From assembly GCA_000091205.1 (NCBI GenBank), contig AP006494.2: a DNA stretch of 64,000 bases. One strand, 5' to 3'. The notes beneath the pieces are model-generated. The model saw nothing but the letters and a program-made list of their open reading frames with translations, was not told the DNA's origin and did not search any database. Shown one piece after another: positions 44,121-54,084 of this stretch; position 1 is the first letter of the stretch, and each line of letters starts with the position of its first letter. The translations under genes and the position numbers were made by a program. This DNA comes from Cyanidioschyzon merolae. Lineage: Eukaryota.

Positions 44121-46271
44121 GGAGGCGTGTCGTTGCATCAGGCGGTGCAGATGCGCGAGGCGGCTCAGTGCATTGCTTGATAGAGCCGAAAAAGGAGCAC
44201 CCACAGGGGATACGATCGATGCAAGTACTCCAAAAGCTCCATGAAGGGAAAGCAGGTTGTGCAAGTGAACCAGCAACGCAGTCACACTGGTTACGGCGAT
44301 TGCCAACCCTGACGCACGGCGCGATAATATTGGCACTTTGTTTGGTGGTCGCCCAATGATTCCTTCCATTCTCCACAACAAAAGGAGGTAGTTGAGCGTT
44401 AGCATCAACATCAGCGCGGCCGCCTGAATGCCGTACAACCAGAAGAGGTCAGCGTTCGGGCCAATCCGGCCATGTCGTGGCAAATAAACTGTCCAGAGAA
44501 AGACGATTCCTCCAAAGTTGTCCGTCATTCGATTGCTCAAAATCCATGGCCCTAGGAAGAACCAAAATAGGGCAAGCGTCAGTGAGATGGCAAGTTGTTT
44601 TGCGCAAAGCTTCATCCGCCGGAGGGTCTCACCGTGACGCACCTGGGAAGGATGCTGATGCACAGCACCATAGCTTGGCTCTGGGTGCAGTCCGCACTTT
44701 CTCATGAGAACGAGGGCCGCGGATAAAACCACAAGCGCTGCACAGCCGATCAACAACGTCATTACTCGAAAAAAGTGAGGCATATTGAGGAAAAGAATCA
44801 AGCGGCACAGATTCGAGGCACGGCCCTCTTGGGGGACGTTCACTATGCTCTGGGCATCGTCTAGAAACGAAAGGATCTCCGTCACTGTGTCCGGTCCACA
44901 AAGCAGTTCATCAGGACTGTTATTGATTCGCTGCAGGCTAACTCGTACGTCTCTGCCGGCTACCTCACGCATCAGATTCTTTCCTATAGTGTACAGGCAA
45001 AAACGTCGAGACGGCGGGCAATACCGACTTGCTCTTCCGACAGGAACTCCATCCACTGTGACCTCAAAATCCGGAGAAGAACACGCTCTAGACCGGAACC
45101 AAATCACAAAATAAAGCTCGGAATTAGCATAGTCGTGAGGTTTTCTGCTAATCTCTGAATCCGCAAAGAACACTGGAGCCCGCATCCACACTAGGAGCCA
45201 CGGTGGTACCTCGTTTCGCTCAGGCTTTGTGCCAGTTCGTAAGGAGAAATCCCGGAACCCCAGGGCTCCCATGGTGGAGCTCGCGATGATAACTCGGAAA
45301 CGGCGCTCGTATCGCAAGTCGGCAAGCTCCAGATCAAGGAGACGTTTTCTTGGAACAACAGAATAGAGTCGCGGACAGAGGCCCATGAGCGTATGCAGGT
45401 GCCCTGACAGGTACACGAGCGGCCGGTTTTTTGCTGCCTTCCCCAGCGTTGAATGCAGGTCTAACTCAGTGTTAATAAATGATGATGGATAGTGAGCAGC
45501 AACGAACACAAAAGCGGAATCAATACCTTGATTCAACGCGCCCAACTCCAGATCTTCTCGTTGATCTCCACGTAGACGAGAAAGATCCCCGAAAAAGTTT
45601 AGAGGTCGGTGCAGGCTTGGTTCTGGCACTGCATCTACCCGCATAACAGCGTAGCTGCCGTTATGGAAGCTAAACCAACTGAATCGCGGCTGAAGGCACG
45701 AGACATTCGCTAGTGAATGGTACAACTGGCAATGTTGGCCGTAGTAGCGGTTTGTTCCCGCGAGTCGCGATGGCACACCAAACATGTCGTGGTTTCCCGG
45801 TAGATCAATCCAAGCGGTTTCCGCTGGAATGATCCCTTCCACCCGAGCTCTTTGGACGATTTCGGAGTACTGCGACCATTCGTCTACGCGCTGCTCGGAG
45901 AAGTGGCCAAGGCCTCTCCGCCGCTTCGCATTCGTGATATCACCGGTAACGATAACAACATCCGGCGCTACGAACGGTATCGCATCAAACACAATTGTCT
46001 TGAAATTATCCAGCGCGTCCACGTTCTGGTAATCGAGGTGAATATCGCTTATCTGCAGAACGGTGAAGAAACTGTCTCGAACTTGCGCTGGCAGCGATGC
46101 GGCGGAGCTTCGAGACGCATTCTCCGTGAAGCGATGCTCTGCTGCAGTCTTTTGCTGATCATGCGCAAGCGCGAGGTGTTTCTCGAAAATATTTCCCAAA
46201 AATCCATAAAGCTGGAGGAGTAAAATCAATCCAAGGAAGAGTCGGAGCGAACCCAGGCGAAAACCAAGCAT
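44100..46271 (-). CDS. Calcineurin-like metallophosphoesterase domain fused to multiple TM helices (TMEM62-like)
   Basis: The N-terminus has a signal/TM segment, then phosphoesterase motifs 'VIVTGDITNAK' and 'IDLPGNHDMFGV' (GNHD/E). The C-terminal half has ≥5 hydrophobic helices ('MTLLIGCAALVVLSAALVLM', 'LAISLTLALFWFFLGPWIL', 'LYGIQAAALMLMLTLNYLLLLW'...). Confidence 0.7.
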   Translation of the reverse strand: MLGFRLGSLRLFLGLILLLQLYGFLGNIFEKHLALAHDQQKTAAEHRFTENASRSSAASLPAQVRDSFFTVLQISDIHLDYQNVDALDNFKTIVFDAIPFVAPDVVIVTGDITNAKRRRGLGHFSEQRVDEWSQYSEIVQRARVEGIIPAETAWIDLPGNHDMFGVPSRLAGTNRYYGQHCQLYHSLANVSCLQPRFSWFSFHNGSYAVMRVDAVPEPSLHRPLNFFGDLSRLRGDQREDLELGALNQGIDSAFVFVAAHYPSSFINTELDLHSTLGKAAKNRPLVYLSGHLHTLMGLCPRLYSVVPRKRLLDLELADLRYERRFRVIIASSTMGALGFRDFSLRTGTKPERNEVPPWLLVWMRAPVFFADSEISRKPHDYANSELYFVIWFRSRACSSPDFEVTVDGVPVGRASRYCPPSRRFCLYTIGKNLMREVAGRDVRVSLQRINNSPDELLCGPDTVTEILSFLDDAQSIVNVPQEGRASNLCRLILFLNMPHFFRVMTLLIGCAALVVLSAALVLMRKCGLHPEPSYGAVHQHPSQVRHGETLRRMKLCAKQLAISLTLALFWFFLGPWILSNRMTDNFGGIVFLWTVYLPRHGRIGPNADLFWLYGIQAAALMLMLTLNYLLLLWRMEGIIGRPPNKVPILSRRASGLAIAVTSVTALLVHLHNLLSLHGAFGVLASIVSPVGAPFSALSSNALSRLAHLHRLMQRHASLSIGNK

Positions 46272-46683
46272 TCGAGTTCAGCTCCGTCGAACGCTGTCCT
46301 CCGGGGCAGCGCTGACTCGTGCTTCACGTGCTTAAAGCTACAACGCAGACCACAGTTTTACAGTTCAAACTTGTTTACTGCACAGGCCTTTTATCCAGGC
46401 TGCGCGAGTCACTCTAAGGATCTCAGCTTCTGTTGCGATGCAGCTGTCCTTAACTGTCAACCTTTGTTCCCGTTCAAACGGTCTCGGCGTGGGTGCGTAG
46501 CAGGATAACAGCTTGCTTTCACACCGGCCACGGCAATAGTCTCTAGAGATACGTCAAGAACTTCCGCTGCAGTTCAAAACAGATGCCCGCTGATCCCAGT
46601 CACCACTGAAGCAGCAAATCTTTGCTCTGCATAGAAACGCGCTCGCGGAGACAAGGGCTTTTAGTTACGCCATTTGCACTCTA

Positions 46684-47230
46684 CCCCCAGGTGCGTGTCA
46701 TCAAATGCTTTTTCGCTGTTTAGAGCAGACGCGTTCAAACTGCATTCTTTTGAAGAAATAAAAACCCAAGTGAACGGAATTGATATAGAAGTCGGGGATC
46801 CTGGAGTGCCTTCTTTGTCAGTTTCGACAAGAAAATGGCAAAAATTCCTCTTCCCGCCAGCCATCGAGGAAATAAGAGCAAGTGACGAAGGAAAAAAGAA
46901 GAAACAAAGGTGAGCCAGACGAGAAAAAGTGTTCGCCCGACGGGACGATGACGAGACTAATGGCACAGAGGGCGCGAGTTCCAGCAATCCTTGCGATGAT
47001 GAGTTCCACCAGCCGCGATAAATGCAAGCAGTTCGTGGATTGATACTTCAACACTGTTATTAGTATCAAACGTTGCGCGGTTCTGAAGAAGAGACCCGCG
47101 GAGCTGAACCGATCGAACTCTGTGAGGCATCCTCTAAAGCTCGAAGTGTGCAAGGAGAAACTGAAAACGATAGCATAGGATCAGTCACAAAAGTATGGGA
47201 GGCGTCCGCGCGTGGATATTTATTTATCCT
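46684..47230 (+). mobile_element. R3-type unit (5' portion of the TnpB/Fanzor-like family), more diverged
   Basis: It begins 'cccccaggtgcgtgtcatcaaatgctttttcgctgtttagagcagacgcgttcaaactgcattc'. Shared internal blocks: 'ggggatcctggag', 'cgacgggacgatgacgagac', 'gaagagacccgcggagctgaac', 'agctcgaagtgtgcaaggagaaactgaaaacga'. It ends 'gggaggcgtccgcgcgtggatat'. Confidence 0.65.
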
Positions 47231-47549
47231 AGGTGAGGTTGGAACATTTTTCTGTGTCACTGACATGCGTAGTATGCCGAAGCTGTAAACGTAAAAGTAT
47301 TTCGGAAAAATCTCAAGGCAGGAACAGTGCAAGCAGTTTGGTGTTACATTTTAATATTGCGCCTCTATCGTGGCGCGCTCAATTTCCAGAATACATTTAC
47401 GCAACTCAACCGCTGTTTCCAGGTGGAAACCTATTTGGCGTGGAGCACCCGCAGTAACCAACTTGAACTTGCGCGGTCTAGTTTCCGGGGGTGCTTTGCG
47501 TTCCCTCAGTTTGCTTCGCTGCCTTCGAAGCTCGTGCACTGGGTCTTAA

Positions 47550-48203
47550 ATGCGCGTCACCGGGGAGCTGCAGCCTGCACCGCTCGACTCGCAAACAAAG
47601 GATGACACACCTTCAGCGGTGAGCCCGCAAACGCCAGCTCAGTCTGCATTCGGAGCTCACGAGCAACGAGAGGCTCCTCCAATCAAGAGAAAGCGTTTTC
47701 GCAACTCGAGCGTGCGGTCCTCGAGCAAGGGTGAGCAAGGAGCACCACTGAGCGAGCTACATATGCTCGAGAAGGGCAAACGGGAGCTAGAGGAGAAGCT
47801 TGCGCGAATTGAGCGTCAGATTTATGATATGGAAACCTCCTACTTGGAGGATACTTGGATACATGGAAACGTTGCCCGCGGCTGGGAAACACTTATGCGC
47901 AAAGGATCGCGTTTGCGAGATGGAGCTGATGCAAGCGCACGAGGTTCCGCAGCTTCGCATCCGCGAACCCGGAAGATCCTGGACAACGATCGAATCTTTT
48001 CGCGCTCTTCGGCAACCTCTCCTGTTGGCAGAGCTCACGGAGTTCGTCATCCGAATGCGGTAGGCCTTGCTGGAGACGGACTCTCAAGGGATAACCGCAG
48101 AGGCGTTCCTAGTCGACAAAAGAAGAGACGACCAACAGTATTAGGCGTGCCAAGCATTCGCATCCCCTTGAATATCGCTGAGAACTCTCCAGCATCTTCA
48201 TGA
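47550..48203 (+). CDS. EAF6: Eaf6/MEAF6-like NuA4 histone-acetyltransferase complex subunit
   Basis: 'KGKRELEEKLARIERQIYDMETSYLEDTWIHGNVARGWETLMRKG' matches the Eaf6 core ('...[45 protein letters not shown]'). The flanks are low-complexity. Confidence 0.6.
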   Translation: MRVTGELQPAPLDSQTKDDTPSAVSPQTPAQSAFGAHEQREAPPIKRKRFRNSSVRSSSKGEQGAPLSELHMLEKGKRELEEKLARIERQIYDMETSYLEDTWIHGNVARGWETLMRKGSRLRDGADASARGSAASHPRTRKILDNDRIFSRSSATSPVGRAHGVRHPNAVGLAGDGLSRDNRRGVPSRQKKRRPTVLGVPSIRIPLNIAENSPASS

Positions 48204-49020
48204 ATACTTTTCTTGGCTTCGCGAGCGTACTACGTACTGTTCATAGCGGCTTCTTGCGGGATCATGGGCCCGGAAAAGGACCGTCAAAGATTCATTTATA
48301 TGCTCCAGCTCCTTTGATGGTGCAAGATCGGTGCTTTGAACCAGAGTCACCCCGGATGTGCGATTGCTGCCGCAACCCTGAACTAGGCCAATGCCCTTCC
48401 TCAAACTTTAATGTGTGCCATTAACCTTGGGCAAGTGTTTTCTCTATGGCGTAAGGGATAGATCTGTTCCAGAGTGTGTCGCTGTGACATACTCCGTTCA
48501 CTTCGATCCTTTACTGCTGTGCTCAGATGGTCGCGAGGCATCATATCTTGCGCTGAATTCACTGCATGTCTAGTGCGATGGCTCGTGCCCGATATAAGTG
48601 GTCGTCCTTTTTTTGGATGTGCAATCACAGGATTAGTTATGTGTGCGGTTGCAGATCTGTTGCTTTCCGCCAGTATAAAAAATCTGCGCGCTTTCCATTT
48701 TCATTCTAAGAGCTGAATACCGATGTTGTCAAGCCTCTCGCAGATTCGACGTAAAGGTTGACAGATGTTTTCGCGTAGCGCTAGCTATATTCGTCTGCTT
48801 CGCATTTGCTGTCCAGGAACTCAATCTGGTACAGTAAAAGAGCGCAGGTACAGTCCCCGTCAAGACGTATGCAACTATCAATTGTATGCCAGATGGTAGG
48901 TGGGTTCTCCGCGTGCGTTTCTGTCTCGAATCGTCTAAGCTATATGACTCATAGGTGGATGCACGCATTCGGTACGAGCGCATGCACCTTGTTTTAGTCT
49001 TTCACCTCAATTGCGTTCCA

Positions 49021-50218
49021 TCCCCAGCCGTGTGTCATCAAATGCTTTTTAGCGATTTGTACCAGATGCATTCAAAGTGCGTTCATCTAAAAAGAATATA
49101 AAACCATGGAAGAGGTATGCACACGGAAATCAGGAATCCTAGAGATTTGTCATCACCGGCTGCCGGCAAACAATGAAAAAATCCTCTCCTCGATGTTACT
49201 CGAGCAAAGACAAGCGAATGAAGAAGAAGATGGTGATGAGGGGATATAGGCGAGAAATCGTGCCTGGACGACGGGATGATGACAAGACTTCGGTTGAACG
49301 GAGGGCACGACTTCGAGGACTCCTTGCAGTGGTGAGTACAATCAGCGGCACAGCAGGCATGGACTTCGTGAAACGAGATTCCAACGCTGCCATCAGTATC
49401 CGACGATATGCTGTTCTGAAGACGAGACCCGAGCAGTTGACGTGATCCGACTTTGTTAGGAGCCTCTTACGCTCGAAGTGTGCAGGGAGAAGCTGAAGCC
49501 CGGAGCACAGTCCTGTCCAAAAAGGCTGGGAAGCGTCCGTGGGTGGATAGTAACGTTCCCGAATCGCTCTCCAGCTTGGATCTTCCTTCCGATACGTGTT
49601 TCCTTGGAGACGATATAATGTACCAGAAATCCTCCATCGAACGGATAGGCGCCCTCTTCATAGTGCAGCGAACAGCGCCTTCGACGAGGTATCGCTCAGA
49701 AGACGCCCGTGATCTTTTTTGGACCGCACCGGGCGCGGAAACGGTGACGGGCACTGCGGAGGGCGTCCTTTGCTCTCCGAGGGCGCGTGCCGAGCGCTGG
49801 TGCGAGCGTTCACGTGACGCATGGCAGGCCTCGGAGGACAATTTGAGATGGAGCTATATGAACACGAGGCCACAGCGAATTGTCATCGATGCGCAAGGCG
49901 CAGCGTGGATAGGCACGAAGAAGATGAAAGAGCCAAGCGAAGCGTGGATCGCGAATAGCGCCGGTGCACGCGATGCGTTGACAACACCCGGAAGGAGCGG
50001 GATTGGGACGTGAGCGCGGCCACATGCATCCTTCGACTGCTGAAAGTGAGGCTGGCACCATATGAGGGACCGGCGCTTCAAATGCTGGAGGTAAGATATA
50101 GGAGAATGATGCAGTCGCGGAAAAATCCCACAAAGGCTGGTGTTGATGCCAGTTGGAAGAGGCCAAAATTTTAGAGCGTGCATCTGAGTTAGAGGGCCAG
50201 TTGTATGTCATTCTGACG
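49021..50218 (+). mobile_element. Composite, internally deleted TnpB/Fanzor-like element: an R3-type 5' unit (49021-~49545) fused directly to an R5 3' unit (~49545-50218) that ends in the shared 3' module
   Basis: The left end is 'ccccagccgtgtgtcatcaaatgctttttagcgatttgtaccagatgcattcaaagtgcgttcatc'. ORF 49173-49445 carries '...AISIRRYAVLKTRPEQLT'. The junction 'aaaaaggctgggaagcgtccgtgggtggatagtaacgttcccgaatcgctctccagcttggatcttcc' joins the R3 tail to the R5 head. The 3' end is 'ggtgttgatgccagttggaagaggccaaaattttagagcgtgcatctgagttagagggccagttgtatgtcattctgacg'. Confidence 0.7.
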
Positions 50219-50383
50219 TGGGTCTAGAGGTCGAGGTCATGAAAAATATGTCTCGCCTGACAAAGACGAGGTCACAGAGCCAGGCTGGCCTCATGCAGAG
50301 CCGCTCCCGAATTCGCCATACTCCCCTTCGATACCAAGTGCTCGTGCGAGGCGGCTACGAGACGCGCCCCATACGTGAGGCGC

Positions 50384-51988
50384 TCATCGGGGTGCTGCGT
50401 CAGGTAGGCGTGGGGTAGCGCACTCCCCGGCGCCGTCATCAGGGTCGTTCTGATGCCGGATGCGGCTGGGGGTGCGCTGCTTTGAAGGAGTCTTCGCGCT
50501 ATTCTGCGCAGCAACGACGAGACATTCCTCGAATATTTCAGCGAAACGCTTGCGAGAGAACCGCACCTGACGCACTTCTGCAAATATGGAAGTAGCAGTT
50601 ACAGTTTCTGGAAGATGCGACAGAGTGTACGCACAGTCCTCAAAATTGCCGCGCAAAAGACAATCCTGCAGCACTCTAAGGATAGCAAGGGCGGCCTTGA
50701 ACAGAAAAGCATCACCGAGAAGAAAAAACGCATCCCATATGCGAAGAGCATCATCCAAGGGAAGCACTCGACAGTAGAGGGACATGATCCAGCTGATGAT
50801 ATACATGTCGGACTCAATTCCTATGGCATCAAAGTGAGCTGCCAGTACGGGATTCTCCGAAAAAACTAGTCTCTGTTGCAGCAAAAGATAAGCCTGCACT
50901 TCGGGATTCTGCATTTTGTAAAATGAGGACAGGCAGCGGGACTTGGAGAGAATGTTCGCAAAGCAACAAAACGCAGTCGGAGCATCTAGATACAGCAATA
51001 GCGCAGCAGCCAGGTAGGACATGCCCTGCGAATACCCGAATTCTGGACGAAAATGGGCGTATGCCTCTAAAAGGCGCCGAAGCTCGCTCTGAAACGGCGA
51101 GCCTTCCGCGTGGAAAAACCCCAGCTGTGGGAAAGTGCGAGGCAGATCGAGAACGATCGCTTTCTGGGCAGCTGGACAAATGCCTCCGTCCATTCGCTCC
51201 TTTTGGTGTGTAAGTAATGTCTCTGCCTCACCACCAGCGCCGCCCAAATCCCCATCTGCTTGGCCGATTGTAGCGTCCTGGTGATGCAACGCACGTCGAG
51301 TCCTTTTCGCTTGTTCGCAAAGGACATCGAACAGACCCGGAGCGATTTGCATAGCATTTCCAATCAACCGAGGCCAGGCTTGTCCGCGGACGTTCGAAGG
51401 TATTCCTTCAAAGATCAGGCTCCGAATGCGTTTCGATTTCAATCGCTTTTCCCAGTTGGGGATGATATCTTGTTCCCATTCTTGTGCTAGTTTTCCCTGG
51501 TACTCTTCCCAGTCCAGTAGCTCTCCGGAAGACTTGAAGGTCCTCAAAACATGCCAGCGTGAGTGATGTGCACTGTTCTGCGACTGCTTTGCACTACCGG
51601 GAGTCGCTGTCCGCTCCGCAAGGGGCTCGGCAGGCTCGCCTCCCCTGAACTGCAACTCGCCGTCCTCGCTTTGCCATAGGCGATTGCGCAGGCGCCTCCA
51701 AACGGAACCTGAGCGAGAGCGCAGCCGTCTAGACGCACTGATCCACCCCACTTCCTCAGTTTCAACGTTTGAGCAGGCGTCATTTCGGAAAAAGTCTGTG
51801 GCGTTCACCACCGTGAAGCCCGAACTCCGCGAGCACTCAGGATCCAACGCTTGTTCCGGGACAGGAATCGGCTCCTCGCCGAGGTCAACCTCGCTCCAAA
51901 AAACAGGTCCCTGCACCTCATTGCGTTGAGCTTCCTTCCCTGAGCCCATATTTCTTTCCGCATCCAGGAGTACCTCCGTAAACAACAC
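50384..51988 (-). CDS. TBC-domain Rab GTPase-activating protein
   Basis: Arg-finger 'IFEGIPSNVRGQAWPRLIG' (IxxDxxR context). Gln-finger 'YSQGMSYLAAALLLYL' (YxQ). The ORF is 534 aa and has the TBC helical core ('...ILRVLQDCLLRGNFEDCAYTL'). Confidence 0.85.
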   Translation of the reverse strand: MLFTEVLLDAERNMGSGKEAQRNEVQGPVFWSEVDLGEEPIPVPEQALDPECSRSSGFTVVNATDFFRNDACSNVETEEVGWISASRRLRSRSGSVWRRLRNRLWQSEDGELQFRGGEPAEPLAERTATPGSAKQSQNSAHHSRWHVLRTFKSSGELLDWEEYQGKLAQEWEQDIIPNWEKRLKSKRIRSLIFEGIPSNVRGQAWPRLIGNAMQIAPGLFDVLCEQAKRTRRALHHQDATIGQADGDLGGAGGEAETLLTHQKERMDGGICPAAQKAIVLDLPRTFPQLGFFHAEGSPFQSELRRLLEAYAHFRPEFGYSQGMSYLAAALLLYLDAPTAFCCFANILSKSRCLSSFYKMQNPEVQAYLLLQQRLVFSENPVLAAHFDAIGIESDMYIISWIMSLYCRVLPLDDALRIWDAFFLLGDAFLFKAALAILRVLQDCLLRGNFEDCAYTLSHLPETVTATSIFAEVRQVRFSRKRFAEIFEECLVVAAQNSAKTPSKQRTPSRIRHQNDPDDGAGECATPRLPDAAPR

Positions 51989-52689
51989 TCATAGGGCACC
52001 CCTGCAGGATATCTGCGAAACCCATGTAAATTAAAATGTAGTATGGAATTGCGCGCTCTGCTCCCGTCTTTCAATTTATTCCAAACACTCTTTACATACG
52101 CAACCTCAACACCACAAGTGCAGCAATAAGGGACCAAGATTCATATGCGCTTTAGGATTCTCGGTTGTCATTTCGTTGCGGATCCTTCGACTCCTTCCCG
52201 CCGGAACTCTTGATGTTAGCGGAATCGTGATGGTTCGTGAAGCCTTCAATCAAGGCTTCGTAAATTAATCGACGTCATGACCCAAATCATAACTAAACGC
52301 CTCCTCGCTTGGCCTTTCCTTACGTATAGCATGCTCACATCGCGCACACTCCAGGCTTTCTATGCCTCTGTTTCAAGGTCAATGGTGCGCGCAGCAATTC
52401 GCACCGCTGGGTTGACGACGGAAAATACCTGACGATGACTGCTGCAGACTTGTTTACGAGCTCGAGCCAAAAGTTCACTGATCGTCTCATGTCATATAAT
52501 CGATTACTTCCGCAACACGACTCCTCCTCTTTTCGTTTCCATCAACGAAACGGCATCCGGCTGTGTCGAGATATCTCCAATGGGTATGCCCCCGGAAACT
52601 CTCGTATCCTCTGTTTGCATCGGGAAGAGCCGTGGAATCCAACTTCGGTCACTGCAGCGGTCGCTGCCAGTGGAGACAGCGCCACGCTT

Positions 52690-53345
52690 TGCACGAAGGG
52701 AGCGTAGATGGGTTCAAATTTCTCGACTGGCTCTCCAGCTTGGATCTTCCTTCCGATACGTGTTTCCTTGGAGACGATATAATGTACCAGAAATCCTCCA
52801 TCGAACGGATAGGCGCCCTCTTCATAGTGCAGCGGACAGCGCCTTCGACGAGGTATCGCTCAGAAGACGCCCGTGATCTTTTTCGGACCGCACCGGGCGC
52901 GGAAACGGTGACGGGCACTGCGGAGGGCGTCCTTTGCTCTCCGAGGGCGCGTGCCGAGCGCTGGTGCGAGCGTTCACGTGACGCATGGCAGGCCTCGGAG
53001 GACAATTTGAGATGGAGCTATATGAACACGAGGCCACAGCGAATTGTCATCGATGCGCAAGGCGCAGCGTGGATAGGCACGAAGAAGATGAAAGAGCCAA
53101 GCGATGCGTCGATCGCGAATAGCGCCGGTGCACGCGATGTGTTGACACCACCCGGAAGGAGCGGGATTGGGACGTGAGCGCGGCCACATGCATCCTTCGA
53201 CTGCTGAAAGTGAGGCTGGCAGCATATGAGGGACCGGCGCTTCAAATGCTGGAGGTAAGATATAGGAGAATGATGCAGTCGCGGAAAAATCCCACAAAGG
53301 CTGGTGTTGATGCCAGTTGGAAGAGGCCAAAATTTTAGAGTGTAT
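52690..53345 (+). mobile_element. R5 copy b: the 3' portion of the TnpB/Fanzor-like family with the shared 3' module. A direct repeat of the R5 part of 49021-50218 across the TBC gene.
   Basis: ORF 52563-53177 is ~97% identical to ORF 49453-50013 ('...SSLDLPSDTCFLGDDIMYQKSSIERIGALFIVQRTAPSTRYRSEDARDLF...RIVIDAQGAAWIGTKKMKEPS...'). The 5' edge 'gggagcgtagatgggttcaaatttctcgactggctctccagcttgg' aligns with 14822-14870 of the 2-kb element. Confidence 0.8.
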
Positions 53346-54084
53346 GCCAGCTTTAGTGGACCTGTTCCATTGTATTTTTACATGAGTGTACTGTACAAGA
53401 ATATCGCATCGGGGTGAGCCGGCGCAACGAAGCTGCATGACGATGTGGCCCGCTTAGCGGATGGAATCCGATAGATGACAACAGAGGGGCCCTCTTCCAT
53501 CGAAAGTGCGCTGCTATGTTGGTTAAATACGATATTCTCTGTTGATTCCGCGACGTACAGCGAAGCGCGCTCAGTATTTTGGAACAAACCCTCAAAGTCG
53601 AACGGGGCTTGTCCACGACCCAGTGCCCGAGACGCGGCTGGGAAGGATTCTGTTGTTTTGGAGAGATTTACATGCTCGCTGCCCGTTCTCTGCAATTGTC
53701 GAGGTTCGAAGACAAGCCGCTTGACTCTTCGCGGCTGAACCTGAAGTTGAGAAATGCCCCTGCGTGCGATGGTCCATTATTTGAATAAATTCCTGCAAAC
53801 AACGCCGAGTCTCCCCATAAAAGTGGAAAAGCAGTTCGGGGTCGAATCACTGGTGCTGTGGCATACGAAATGGACTACGTTGGATAATCTCTTAGGAAGC
53901 TTTTTGGATCCTACTCTAGGCATTCTCAAGTCACTGCGCTCGTGAAAGAAGCGCCAGATTTGTGAACACCAGGCCTAAAACGCAATGCCTGGGAACGCGA
54001 TAACAGTAGAAGCGCGGTTTCTGGTGGCGGATCGTGGGTCACTAAGATGAATCATATTTATCCCTACTTGTACAGATTGTTCAG

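Noticed and set aside
49545-53345. Direct ~660-bp repeats flanking a 2.5-kb internal region could be read as LTRs of a retrotransposon.
   Set aside because: The two copies differ in 5' extent: one is fused to an R3 unit and the other is 5'-truncated. The internal region is an ordinary TBC host gene with no gag/RT/integrase. A third, inverted, solo copy exists. The repeats are homologous to the 3' part of the TnpB-like element, not LTR-like.
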